Notes: generated from the letters alone by a model not told the origin. A stretch of 64,000 bases of DNA from Octopus sinensis (GCF_006345805.1 NC_043003.1:42842001-42906000), one strand, 5' to 3'; positions 39,241-51,519 are shown, counted from the first letter of the stretch. Numbers and translations: made by a program.

Positions 39241-39644
39241 TTGATATTAGCGACAGAAGCATTATTAATACCAACAACTAACCTTTGTGCCTATCTCAAC
39301 GCGGATGTTTTCTTAGAATACCGAATATTGGTATATTTACCTTGAGAGGACCTCTCAAATGGGCGCATAATGTATAAAAGCACAAATATTCATATCGTTG
39401 GCAGACGAGAGTTGTTTGTTACGGTAGTCGGAACAGACAGATCATCAGATTTTGACCAACCAATTCTCCTCAGTGGCAGACGTCTTATAACAGTAGCAAC
39501 AACAACAACATATCTACAGCATACAGAATTTCAGTGTCTTTTCAGGGGTAGATGTGAACCGGTTGTTAAACCGTTACCGGATGACTTCCATTGAGGAGAC
39601 CGGGTAGATCAAAATTACGTAATCTGGATTTTATACAAGTATGA

Positions 39645-39832
39645 GTACCGTTGGCAATTTTTTTCCTCCGTCTTCCCTTCCTTGGATCTTTCCTTTTCCT
39701 ATATTTCTGGCGAAGAGCTCCGCTCGAAACGTTAAATCCTCCTTCTTTCTTTCCTTTTCTGAGGAACTATACTTGTTCCACGTCCTCACGTTGTTGTGTT
39801 TTCTCTTTGTGTTTTCATGTTGGGATTAACTC

Positions 39833-39834
<2 letters not shown>
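39645..39834 (+). mobile_element. Short (~190 bp) non-coding element with hammerhead-like motif; sister of 45089-45283
   Basis: Starts GTACCGTTGGCAATTTTTTTCCTC (sister GTACCGTCGGCGATTTTTTTCCTC), shares TTGTTCCACGTCCTC and ends GGATTAACT next to (TA)n. Confidence 0.75.
39701..39737 (+). ncRNA. Minimal type-I hammerhead ribozyme-like motif (core CUGGCGA)
   Basis: AUUU-CUGGCGA-A-GAGC UCC GCUC-GAAA-CGUU-AAAU: stem I AUUU/AAAU, stem II GAGC/GCUC, palindromic AACGUU in place of stem III; A6G deviation. Confidence 0.5.
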
Positions 39835-39877
<43 letters not shown>

Positions 39878-39900
39878 TATAGTTATATGTGTGTGTGTGT

Positions 39901-39959
<59 letters not shown>

Positions 39960-39975
39960 CCATCTATCTATGTGC

Positions 39976-40008
<33 letters not shown>

Positions 40009-40009
<1 letters not shown>

Positions 40010-40158
40010 TGTATTTCGGGATCGTCACTTTTTTCTTTTTGCCAAATAAACACACGCACTATATATTCGTTCTTCACTCGTTTATTACTGTTCTTATTCT
40101 AATCTATGTCCATTGTCTGGAAATCTTTCGTCACACATCTGTGACTTCTTCGGCGACA
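40009..40158 (-). mobile_element. Short non-coding element whose 5' part is a hammerhead-like motif
   Basis: Shares 115 bp with 37491-37604; the 3' end abuts (CA)n. Confidence 0.75.
40114..40158 (-). ncRNA. Minimal type-I hammerhead ribozyme-like motif (core CCGAAGA)
   Basis: UGUCG-CCGAAGA-A-GUCAC AGAUGU GUGAC-GAAA-GAUUU-C^CAGACA: perfect 5-bp stem II, self-complementary AGAUUU (with G-U pairs), stem I UGUC-G/CAGACA with one bulge; U4C deviation. Confidence 0.55.
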
Positions 40159-40199
40159 TTTTCCCTCTCCGTGAGACAGAATGTGTCACTGAGAAAAAA

Positions 40200-40345
40200 A
40201 AACAAACAAAAATCTTTTGGACGTGGCACAAGCAATGTATTAATAATACGCTTAGAGATGGAAAAGAGTAGAAATTTATACATTTCGAGCATAGCTCATC
40301 TTCGGAAACTGGGAGAAACAGGAATGTCCAAGACGAAGGAGGAAA
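40200..40345 (-). mobile_element. Further diverged copy of the GAGC/GCUC hammerhead-like element (motif 40273-40310)
   Basis: Minus strand AGUUU-CCGAAGA-U-GAGC UAU GCUC-GAAA-UGUAU-AAAUU, followed by AAGCGTATTATTAATAC..TTGTGCCACGTCC matching the downstream sequence of the 45.2-kb copy. Confidence 0.55.
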
Positions 40346-41165
40346 CAGGTCGAAATGAAGAGAAAAAGATAGAGAAAAGCTTTCTGGAACAGCAGAGTGG
40401 GAAAATGGTCAGTCTGTCTGTGCACACGCGTGGGTATTGTAGCGTGCGGCGTGTGTAATAGTATGGTAGTGTGCGTGTGTGTGTGGCAGTGACTGCATGT
40501 ATGTGTGTGTGTATGTTAGCGTGTGGTAGTAACCGTAGGTATGCGTGTGTGAGTGCGTGGTAGCGTGTGTGTGTGTGGTAGCGTGTTGTGTGTGTGTGTG
40601 CGTGGTATTAACTGTGTATGTGTTTTTGTTTGTGTGTGAGTGTGTACGTGTGTGTGTGTGTGTGGTGGTAGGATCTGTGTGCATATGTGTGTGTGTGTTA
40701 ACGTCGCTCTTAGAGATCAGCAGCTATAGAGACAGGTGTGAGAATGGTTTTATGTGACAGTATGTGCGTAGATGGAGGGTCAATAGTGGGTCAGAGGCAG
40801 TCAGAACAGGGTGTGAGAATGGATGGGTGTGGTTGTAGAGGGTCGAGAAGGAGTGTGTGTGTGTGTGGGAGATGCGTGCGTGTGGCCAAGAGTGTGGGTT
40901 TATTGTGCGGGTGTGTGTGTGTACGTGCGCATGTGTGTGTAAGCGTGCATGAGAGCGCGCGTGTTTGTGTGTTCGTTTGTGAGAGTGTCGGTGTTTGTAT
41001 GCGTGTGCGCTCGGGGGTGTGCGTCCGTATATTAGTAATAAATTAGTAATAAAAACATGAAAAAATGAAAAAAATAGTAATTATAATAAAATAACAATAT
41101 GAAAAGGATTAATTGAATGATTCAGTATCATATATATATTGTAGCGTGCGGCGTGTGTAATAGCG

Positions 41166-41304
<139 letters not shown>

Positions 41305-41974
41305 TTTTCCCACCTTGTCATAAACAATATGAATAATAACAGAACCAAATGTCATTCATGTTATTTTGTTACGTTTTTAGGTAACACCGAACTTTTATTG
41401 TATGCATAAGTACAAATATGTGAGTATATATGCTTGTACGATTGTGTATGTGTATGAGGGAAAGCGTATGCGTATTTACGTCTGTAGACGATTATTTCTT
41501 CATCTATCGTATCTTTTGTTTTCCTTGGAAGACAGCCATATCTCGTCTGTTGTGTTTTATACTCCATTAAAAAAACACATTTATTGAGAAGTTACCGCCT
41601 TTGAGCTTGTTTCTTTCGTCCTATTTCCCTTTTCCATCTACAAATAAACGCATACAAATAAACGCTCATATGGGCACTAGCATTAACACAATGCTCAACC
41701 ACACACATATATACTTACATCTATATATTTCATTGCGTGCACGGGCGTGTTTGTATAGCAGAAAAGGCGGTGCTAAAGATACTATCACATTATAAGTGTT
41801 CTTTTCTTTCGACATATTAAGTTTTGTATTTTGTAATAAATGTTAATTTGTATATCCACTGACGAGTGTATTTCATGAAACAGAGGTTGGTTGCTTGTGT
41901 GCTAAGCCTGCGAGCCAGTTTCTATTCTAGATAGATTCAAATACACTTATTTTTACATTAATAATGACCAAAAT

Positions 41975-42420
41975 AATCCTTTCTACTAAAGAACAAGGCC
42001 TATAATTTTGAGGAAGGGAACCAGTCGATTACCTTGACCTCAGTGTTTCACTGGTAATTAATTGGTAATTAATTCATCGACCCCAGAAAAGATGAAAGGC
42101 AAAGTCGAGCTCGGCGGAATTTGAACACAGACCGTGGCGATGGGCGAAATACCTATTCCTTTAGTACCCATAGGAGGCTAAACACAGAGGGGACGATCAA
42201 GGACAGACAAACGGATTAAGTCGATTACATCAACCCCAGTGCGTAACTGGTACTTAATTTATCGACCCCGAAAGGATGAAAGGTAAAGTCGACCTCGGCG
42301 GAATTTGAACTCAGAACGTAACGGCAGACGAAATACCGCTAAGTATTTTGCCTGGCGTGTTAACGTTTCTGCCAGCTTGCCACCTTCGGCTTGCTAACGA
42401 TTCAACCAGCTCACCTCTCT
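41975..42420 (-). mobile_element. Nested SINE family C pair: young copy (42154-42385) inside an older tail-variant-3 copy
   Basis: The host is interrupted after GGCGAAATACC (42153); the host head remnant GGCTTGCTAACGATTCAACCAGCTCACC resumes at ~42388. Confidence 0.85.
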
Positions 42421-42675
42421 CATAATGACCAGAATAACGCCAATACTTTACATTAGACTCTCATACCTATGATTATTTATGTATGTATATAAAGAGCTTC
42501 AAAAGCAAAATGTGCAAATTATGTCCCTTCCCACGTCTATTTCATATGTTTTTCCCCCAATGTCTATTTCATACAAATGTTGATCTATACTATTGCTTGG
42601 GGAAAGAAGTGGTTATGTCTTCCCTGAGGAGTGGTTGACCAGCGGTGGAACAGTCCATCAAGAGATTCCCTATAT

Positions 42676-42763
<88 letters not shown>

Positions 42764-42901
42764 TATACATACTTTTTCAGTTTCTGACTGAAGAATGAAG
42801 GCTTTGAATGACCCATTTGTTTTTTGTTCGTCCCTTCGTGTATTTCACGTTATTTATTTATGCAAAGGTTTATTATATATTATATATATATATATATATA
42901 T

Positions 42902-43200
42902 AACGGGAAGCTTTATGAAAATAGACTAAAGACGAAGGCAGGTGGAAAACAAACGAACAATTGTATTAGTATGGCGCTCAGGAAATATAAATAAAACAAG
43001 TCTTTAACGTTTCGAGCCTACGCTCTTCAACAGAAAGATACACAGAGAGAAAAAAAACACAGAAAGAAGGAGAGAAAAAAAATGCTTGCAGTAGCTAACG
43101 AATCAACATGGCGATCTGATTTCGGCCAGAGGTCAAAGATCAAACATGAGACGCGAGAGCGAAATAAGGGGAGATAATAGGGTTGATAATAGGGTTGAAG
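42902..43200 (-). mobile_element. Short non-coding element with hammerhead-like motif, 3' end at (TA)n
   Basis: Shares TTCCTGAGCG(C/T)CA(T/A)..TAATAC (sense) with the 45.1-kb copy, downstream of the motif. Confidence 0.65.
43001..43038 (-). ncRNA. Minimal type-I hammerhead ribozyme-like motif (core CUGUUGA)
   Basis: UCUUU-CUGUUGA-A-GAGC GUAG GCUC-GAAA-CGUU-AAAGA: 5-bp stem I, 4-bp stem II with a different loop; A6U deviation. Confidence 0.5.
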
Positions 43201-43210
43201 GACCAGCTAA

Positions 43211-43273
43211 TAGTGCGTAGGAGGGGTCTGGATGTGTGTATGTATAGGGTTGGTGTATGTATTAGTATGTATA

Positions 43274-43308
<35 letters not shown>

Positions 43309-43400
43309 GAGAGTATTAGTGCGTAGGATTGGTCTGGACGTGCGTATGTATGGGGTTGGTGTATGTATTAGTATGTATTAGTATGTATTAGTACGTATTA
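43211..43400. repeat. Two ~62-bp direct repeats (43211-43272, 43317-43378) plus (GTATGTATTA)n
   Basis: TAGTGCGTAGGA..GGTCTGGA.GTG.GTATGTAT.GGGTTGGTGTATGTATTAGTATGTAT occurs twice. Confidence 0.8.
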
Positions 43401-43462
43401 GTATGTATAAGTGTGTGTGTGTGTGTATGAGAGAGTATAAGTACGTATGTACACCCACACAG

Positions 43463-43497
<35 letters not shown>

Positions 43498-44492
43498 CAC
43501 ACACGCACATACACACACACACACATACAATGTAGCATATATTTCCAAAAAGAACAGATAATTCTAAATATATAATGTGTAATATTCTAAGTATAAACTT
43601 TGAGTTTTCGTTCATTGTCAAGATTTATTTTCCGCGATCACAACAATGCATAACGACTCACATTTCCATACGAAGAGTGGCCTTTTATTGCACTTATCTT
43701 GATTTTCGGTCATTATCGAACTGACCAATGTTGTCAAAATTTACTTCTATAGGTATTGATTTTTACCAAGCAACGGCTTCAATTGTGATCCCAGTCTGTT
43801 CACCACTAAGCCCCATTTTCCCATTCTTAGTACACCGTACAAAAAGAAACAAACATAACACGCTATTAGTTTTTTTGGGTTTTTTTTCAATTTTCTTTTA
43901 GTGCCTGTGATGTTTACATTTTTGAATTTATTTTAAGTTCTTTTGTTGCAATTTTGTCAGTAAACAAAGGCGAAAGGAATATAAAAGAACATTAAAAACA
44001 ATTATTATAATGTGTTGTTTTCAGAATTCGTGTTTACATTGAAACAATACTTTGGTGTGTGAATATAAAGAATCGTTGGAAGAAGAGGAAATTATAATAA
44101 CTTGTATGTTTTCAATAACTCTAATGGTTTTCGAGTCTTTCGTGTTATCTATCGACTAAGTACACTACATTCAGCTATATTATTTTTTACTTTTTTCGCC
44201 TGTGCCATTTACAATATACATTAACGACAAAAATATGACAATCTTTATTTGTCCAAGATATATCAAATGTACATCTAAATTCATATATTTATTTATGATA
44301 TATTTTGTGAACAATAGCGTCGTCAGGTATCAGATCAAACAGGCCAACTCACTGCATTCCTTTTTTTTTCCATCAATGTTTACATTTTCACCTGTTACAC
44401 CTTGTCTGAGAAACACATAGATGTATACAAACACACACACACACACACGCACGCACGCACACACACACACACACACACAACACACACACACA

Positions 44493-44531
<39 letters not shown>

Positions 44532-44938
44532 TCTCTCTTCCGCATTTATATACATATATATAAATGTGTGTTTTATAAGTTATAATATAAAACAATATTA
44601 CATTAAGTTTTAGATTTATTTTATACTTATCCCGGTGTACTTATTTAACAAGAATAGTAATGTTGAGACATTGTCGAAATGGCAGGCTGTAACTTCGAAG
44701 TCATTTTCTTAGTAAAGACTTACACGTACGCGCGTGCACACGCAGGAGTGGCTGTGTAGTAAGAAGTACATAACAACAGGTGTCTTTCGACTGGGGACGA
44801 ATTGAATTCAGCTGGCACGCGTGGAAATGAAGCCTTACGGCAGAGATACAAAGCTTTCACGAACACAGGGAAGAATATCGGTGTGGCAGCAGTGACCACA
44901 GTCAGATGCAAAAAGAGGGCTAGTAGTCTGGTCTCTCG

Positions 44939-45072
44939 GTTACCAAATCCACGCACAGCGCTTTGCTCAGCCCGAAGCTATAGTAGGAGACACTCGCCTA
45001 AGGTACCACGCAGTGAGACTGAACCCGGAACCATGTGGATGATAAGCTAGCTACTTACCACACACCAACTTC
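44939..45072 (-). mobile_element. SINE family A 5' module (a second ~25-nt head fragment faces it on + at 44745-44770)
   Basis: TACCAAATCCAC..GCTATAGTAGGAGACAC..AAGGTACCACGCAGTGAGACTGAACCCGGAACCATGTGG..GCTACTTACCACAC. Confidence 0.8.
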
Positions 45073-45088
45073 TGCCGCCTACATATAT

Positions 45089-45283
45089 ATAAAGTTAATC
45101 CAAACAAGAAACACAAAAAAACACAACAGCGCGAGGACGTGGAACAAATATAGTATTATTGGACGCTCAGGAAAGAAGGAAAGAAGGAGGGTTTAACGTT
45201 TCGAGCGGAGCTCTTCGTCGGAAACATAGGAGAAGGAAAGATCCAGAGAAGGGAAGACAGAGGAAAAAAATCGCCGACGGTAC
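45089..45283 (-). mobile_element. Short (~195 bp) hammerhead-like element, flanked by TA repeats on both sides
   Basis: Collinear with 39645-39834; flanks are ACATATATAT and (TA)11. Confidence 0.8.
45191..45225 (-). ncRNA. Minimal type-I hammerhead ribozyme-like motif (core CCGACGA)
   Basis: GUUU-CCGACGA-A-GAGC UCC GCUC-GAAA-CGUU-AAAC; stem I GUUU/AAAC is a compensatory change relative to AUUU/AAAU at 39.7 kb. Confidence 0.55.
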
Positions 45284-46584
45284 ATATATATATATATATA
45301 TATATTCATCGAACTAATGAAAGTATAATAAAATGATTCATGTAAAAGAGCAGTTAATGGCAAAACTTTCTGTGTCAGTGTATATTCTATGTATTTTCTT
45401 CCATCGTCTTGTATTTAAAATTCAAGCCTCTAATCCCGCCAAGATTTACCGACAAATTACTATTGCATTCTAATAACTGATCAACGGGACGCATCACGCG
45501 TATAGTCAATGTAGCCGAGCTTAGTTTTTAACTGGTGCATATTTCAAACCAGCTAATATTTAAAGGTCGGTAACTCGAATAGGAATTTAAATATCAAATA
45601 TATATATTTCTTTACTAAATATATTTTATAAAAGGGAATTTTGTCAGGCATCCTGCACATTGTCACTTCATCGCATTGCCTACAAATGAGAAGGACCGAC
45701 AGGAGGACAAAGCACACCTTCCCCTCCTCCTCCTCCTCCTCCTCCTACCACCACCACCACTACTACTACTACTACTGCAACAACAACAAAAACCACCACC
45801 ACGTCTACTGCTACTACTTATTACCCCACCACCTTTCTCCACCAGACACCCAGCCCTTTTCTCGCCCACCATATTATCCATCAGACTCCAGTATATTACA
45901 AACCAACAGACCATATCCTTCCAGAACAATCGCCGTTAAAGTTTCTCACTTTTTTTACAAACTCTACATTTTCTTTCCCATTATATTTGCACCTCGCCAT
46001 CGTATTGACTCCTTCTTTTATTCCCCCCCCCCTTTTTTTTTTCAATTTTTACCTCTTTTTCCTTTATTCTCCACCCGTTCTCCAACATGTCTTGTAGCTA
46101 GAAAAAGGATTCGTTCCCCATCAACACTGTTAATTATATAGCCATGTCCAAACTAAAATCTGCTGTTGCTAGCGCGGGTGATGCTTGTTACCCTAACTGA
46201 GGTGTTTTAAGTCATCACAGTAGAAACAAAAAAGAAAAAAGTCTTCCGCCCCAACCCTAAAATAAACTCATCAAAATAATAATAACAACAAAAAAGTAAG
46301 TCAATACAGAGAAAAATAAGGTACTATGAAGTCTATTGAAATAATAACAATAAACAAGTATAGGTATATAATACAACGTCGTCATCAACAACACCAATAA
46401 CAAAATCAACAAGAGTAATGGAGGCTTGTCAAGCGTAGTAATGCACCTGTCCCTGCTAACCTCAATATATCTTTATCATCTGTCTCACTGACAGAAGGCG
46501 ATCTTTAAATGTGGGGCTCTTTATTAGCTAGGATACTGGACAGATACGAGAACAATTACAAAGTCGGATACATACATACATACA

Positions 46585-46620
<36 letters not shown>

Positions 46621-46994
46621 CTCTCTACTCTCTTTTACTCTTGTTTGTTTCAATCATTTGACCGTGGCCATGCTGGAGCACTGCCTTTAGTCGAGCAAAT
46701 CGACCGCAGGACTTATTCTTTGTAAGCCTAGTACTTATTCTATCGGTCTCTTTTGCTGAACCGCTAAGTTACGGGGACGTAAACACACCAGCATTTGTTG
46801 TCAAGCGATGTTGGGGGGTGGACAAACATACACACTCACACACAAACACACACACACGCACGCACACAAAAACACACACATATATATACATATATACGAC
46901 GGGCTTCTTTCAGTTTCTGTCTACCAAATCCACTCACAAGGCTTTGGTCGGTCCCGAGGCTATAGTAGAAGACACTTGCACAAGGTGCCACGCA
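46621..46994 (-). mobile_element. SINE family A lacking the tRNA head
   Basis: Tail, internal CA/TA repeat and 5' module up to CACAAGGTGCCACGCA, then TA/GATA microsatellite (46995-47097). Confidence 0.9.
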
Positions 46995-47041
46995 TATATA
47001 TATATATATACATATATATATATGTATAGATAGATAGATAA

Positions 47042-47096
<55 letters not shown>

Positions 47097-47531
47097 CATG
47101 TACGTATATATACATACACATACATACACACATAGTAGAAAGCCAAGAGAAGAGTGGAGATTTATAGACATCCAAAACTTTTTATTAAAATGTTTTCTAC
47201 AGCATATATAACAATGACCAGCATATGTTTCTACTGCAGTAACTGCATTGTAATTATTCATCTCAGTCGCTGCAATTTCATCAAGGGCCCATCACTTACG
47301 ACATTTTCAAAGTGAACCGATTCCAAAAAGCATCCTTCGGTTGAATCTCTCCTATTTTTACAGCTGAATCGTGGTTTTAAAATGTTTATTTATATTACAA
47401 TTAATTGTAGCAGTATTGTTTCCATTTTGCTGCATGGAGTACATTATTTATTCAGAGGCATTTCACTTACTTTGGGTTTATATCCTAAATTAATATTATT
47501 GTTATTATTTATTTATTTATTTATTTATGTG

Positions 47532-47796
47532 CCCTTTTCCCGGTTTCTATGGCGTATGTGTTCCCCCCCCCCCAGCTGGACGGGACGCCAGTCCATCGCA
47601 GCGTAACTCAAGAAACAGGAAGAAAGTGTGAGAGAAAGTTGGGGCGAAAGAGTACAACAGGGATCACCACCACCCCCTGCCGGAGCCTCGTGGAGGTTTA
47701 GGTGTTTTCGCTCAATAAACACCCGGTCTGGGAATCGAAACCGCGATCATCCGAGCGCGAGTCCGTTGCCCTAACCAACTGATCCATTGCGCTTCC
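47532..47796 (-). mobile_element. SINE family B, full length
   Basis: Minus strand GGAAGCGCAATGGATCAGTTGGTTAGGGC..GGTTTCGATTCCCAGACCGGG head; 3' GCGATGGACTGGCGTCCCGTCCAGCTGGGG..CCATAGAAACCGGG. Confidence 0.9.
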
Positions 47797-47911
47797 ACTG
47801 TTATTATTAATATAATTATATTATTAGTATCATTTGCGTAAATATAATTATCACAATCATTATTTTAACTAGTATGATTACTATAGAAGGTAAGTTGAGT
47901 TTATTTAAATC

Positions 47912-48500
47912 GTTTAAACGTTTATTTTGTTCAGTGTGGACATCTCATAGTTTGTTCCTGTTTAGTGTTCATAAGAGTAACTTTAGAAGTGAACATTTGG
48001 TACATTTCTTCTACACAAAATTTATATCTATGTTCCCCTATTCAATAAGGTCTTGCCTTACTAATTATTTCCCAACCAACCGAAAATACTTTGTTACCAT
48101 CTTTTAGTGACCAAATTAGGTTACTATGCTGCTGGTGATCATTTTGTTCCGAATTCTAAACAAACTTAAATGATTGGCAATTCTCTGCTTAATATAAGAT
48201 GAGCTAGCTCCGATATAGAAGTACTTCCTATTCTCAAGGGTAAACTTACATCTGTATGCGGTTATAGACTGAGAGTGTACTATTAGAGTTAAGCGGATAC
48301 CTAGAGAAGGTGATGCTATCAGAATCATAAATGCGACTGCGCAAGGAACAGGGTCAGTTCCTTGCAGTTGTGAATAAGAATAAGGAACTACCCAACAAGT
48401 GAAGCTTACAAGTGCCAGTATCTATTTAAGATTGAGTACTACGTAATTGGACTGTTGTAGATAGCCAGAAATTTTATGAGATAATTCCGTATATCGTGGG
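47912..48500 (-). mobile_element. Penelope-like element (Neptune-type) remnant: GIY-YIG endonuclease and C-terminus
   Basis: ITAYRCKFTLENRKYFYIGASSSYIKQRIANHLSLFR (GIY-YIG), then IWSLKD..WEIISKARPY..FCVEEM..LMNTKQE..RCPH, the conserved tail of Neptune-like PLEs; Cys-containing linker upstream; stops present. Confidence 0.85.
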
Positions 48501-48510
48501 GTAAATCATC

Positions 48511-48556
<46 letters not shown>

Positions 48557-48684
48557 GTGGTTCCAGGTTCAGTGCCACTGCATGGTACGTTGGGCAAGTG
48601 TCCTTTACTATAATCTCGGGCCGACCAACGTTTTATGAATGGATTTGGTAGATGGAAATTGAAAGAAGCCCATTGTTATATATG

Positions 48685-48730
<46 letters not shown>

Positions 48731-48953
48731 TCTGTGTGTGTGTGTGTGTGTTATGTATTTGTCCCCCTATCATCGTGTGACAACTGATGGTGGTGTGTTT
48801 ACGTCCCTATAACATAGCGTTTCGGCCTAAGACACCGGTAGAATAAGTACTCGGCTTACAAAGAATAAGTCCTGATGTTGATTTGTTCGAATAACTGAGG
48901 GGCTCGGGCATGGCCGCAGTCAGATGATTGAAACATGTAAAAGAATAAAAGAA
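48557..48953 (+). mobile_element. SINE family A, head partly lost
   Basis: GGTTCCAGGTTCAGTGCC B-box, TTGGGCAAGTG, internal TA/TG repeat, tail GCATGGCCGCAGTCAGATGATTGAAACATGTAAAAG. Confidence 0.88.
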
Positions 48954-49082
48954 GATATATATATATATACATTTATAATTTTCAGCCTAAAGTCTGTGGC
49001 CATACTCAGGAACCGCCAGAATCATCACCTTTTCAATGGTTATTCCTATTTGGATGGGCTTTGATGAATGAAGACGTTTGAT

Positions 49083-49290
49083 ATGGATTTCTAATTTGGG
49101 CTTAAGGCCAGCAATTGCGTGGAGTAGATAAGTCGGTTACATTGATCTCTGCACGTACTTATTTCATCGATCTCGAAGTGATGAAAAGCAAAGTCGACCC
49201 CGCCAGAATTTTAACTCGGAACATAGAGCCGGACGAAATGCCGCCAAGCATTTTGCTCGGTGCGCTAACGATTCCGCCTGCCCGCTGCCA
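49083..49290 (-). mobile_element. SINE family C, tail variant 2 (diverged)
   Basis: TTTCTAATTTGGGCTTAAGGCCAGCAATT tail; AAAGTCGACC core; GCTAACGATTCCGCC head. Confidence 0.7.
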
Positions 49291-49294
49291 ATAG

Positions 49295-50470
49295 GGGAAG
49301 ACGTTTGATATTGCTAGTGTTTCTTGCCGTATTGAAGATTTATCTGGGATATTGGATAGCAGTAGTTCAATGTGCTTCTTGAGAACATTTTCCCTGACTT
49401 AATGTAGATCTCTCAGATTTTGAGTAAAATATTATATTGTTGTGGACTTTCGAATCCCAAGCTATTGAAATATCCTTACTCTAAATGAGATTGGTGAGAC
49501 ATATGTAATAGTACAATATTTTGTTTAGTTGCTGGTATAACTTACGATACCAACCTTTGATGCCAGCTTCTCTAGAGTCTTCTGTATGCATATCAATGCA
49601 TGTCTTTTCTGGCCGTAGGGACTCGAGTCGTAATAATTTTAGTCTCTCTTAGCTCAAATGTTTCATTGATGCTTTTTTTCTAGGCACAGCATCGCTGAAC
49701 CGCTATTAAATCAACACTGTGGTGTAACTGTAACTGGGAGCTGTAGTCCAGATGGTTGGATACATATGTTTTCTAAAGAGCAGGGATAGTTTCCTTGTCC
49801 TTCATTCTAAAAGGTCTCAGAATTCACCTGTCTTCGCTTGCACATTACTACCATTTGATGATAAGTACATGAATCAACGCATAGTTGCTCATATGAATCC
49901 CCCAAGATCACGCACTATGTTTTACTCTAGGATTACCGCTCCTTTTGGCCCAAAGTATATTTGTTTCAGCGTGTTAGCATAAGCTAGCCGGTATCGGAAG
50001 GCTTGGAATTTTCCTATAATAAATTGCCGATTTGTATATGGCGTCTAGATCTGTTCGTAGAAGATGAACATCAAGAGGATTTTTGACTCCTTGAGCCACT
50101 CTTGTGTCATCGGCATAGCTAGTAAGACTAGCTGCCTTTATAAACGACGAGACATCTGAGAAAGCCACCACAATATCCTGCATAGAGAGACTGGCAGACC
50201 AGTTTTGTTTGAGAATCTCTTTCTGCATGTCTTTCCAGTTAGCTTTATGAAAGTTGAGGCTGGAAAGAAGTCGGGTGCTTTTTGTAAATTGTGTGCCTAC
50301 AGTTTCCGTCAGACTATACATTGTTAGTTCCATTAAGATATAGTCCGAAAAAATTGTTGGAGTCACCTTAATATTGCATTATTTCTAAAGTTGAGACCCA
50401 GGACATTTTTACCCGTTGTTGAATGGAGCACTATTTGGTCCATAAATTACATATTTGTAAGGTCAAGCTA
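49295..50470 (-). mobile_element. Decayed CR1-like LINE with a large internal deletion
   Basis: APE C-terminus (MDQIVLHSTTG, VTPTIFSDYILMEL, cf. SDH), LNFHKANW, then directly LTSYADDT..LRTDLDAIY, GKFQAFRY, ILRPFRMKDKET..NHLDYSSQL, LLSNIPD. Confidence 0.85.
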
Positions 50471-50536
50471 TGACTCTACTTTACCCAACTCATGCATGCA
50501 GTGATATACTCGAGAGGAAACGACACTCTAGTCATT

Positions 50537-50576
<40 letters not shown>

Positions 50577-50775
50577 AAAAAGAAAGAGAGAAAGACTGAG
50601 AGTGAGAGAACCTGTATGTGTGTGTATACATATACATATGCATATATGTACATACATACGCATCCACTTTTAGTTTATTAATATGTAACAATAATAATAA
50701 TAATAATAATAATAATATATCTGTCTCTGTCTGTCTGTCTGTCTGCCTGTTTCTCTGTATATATATATTATATAT

Positions 50776-50833
<58 letters not shown>

Positions 50834-51519
50834 TTACATATGATATTAACAAATAAATATATGCAATAATATTTATTCATTTGTTAAGTTTATATACTGA
50901 TAATTTATATTCGTTTCAGTAATCATATATATACCAAATATCTTAAAATTTTTCAATTATTGTTGTTTTTTCTTATATTCAGCATATTTTATACTGTGAT
51001 GAACTACGGAAACATCTAAGCAAAATATGCCAATTTGTATTTCAATAACATAACATTGGAATGTCTCAAAGAAATATATAAACAGATCAGGAAAACTAAT
51101 ATATTTTAATGATACTTATATATCTTATTAAATAGCTGGCCAAGACATGGAGGAAAATTTGTAAAACAAGCAAACAAACAAAAACACATAAAATTAAAAC
51201 TACTTTAATTAGATATTACTATACAAGATAAGTCTTATATTTTTGGCAAAAAGTTAATGCTACAATTTATTAAATCTGCAATTTAGTTGTTTAGAGAGAT
51301 CTGGCGGGGTTTCTGTCTTGGTCATAAGTTGTTGAAAATATTGTCTATAAGTTATCAAAGCTTCACGGGTTATTCTACTGAGACTACGGAAGAGACTGAT
51401 GTTTCTTGATATGTTCCACTCTCCTTCTCTTTATCCATTTATCCACTCATCCATCTATCCCTGCATTCTATCTATATATTCACCCATCTATCCATTCATC
51501 CATCTTGTCTACCTTCTAT

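Noticed and set aside
39546-39603. Possible micro-exon GVDVNRLLNRYRMTSIEETG after TTTTCAG
   Set aside because: Weak donor (GTAGAT), no recognisable protein and no other exons.
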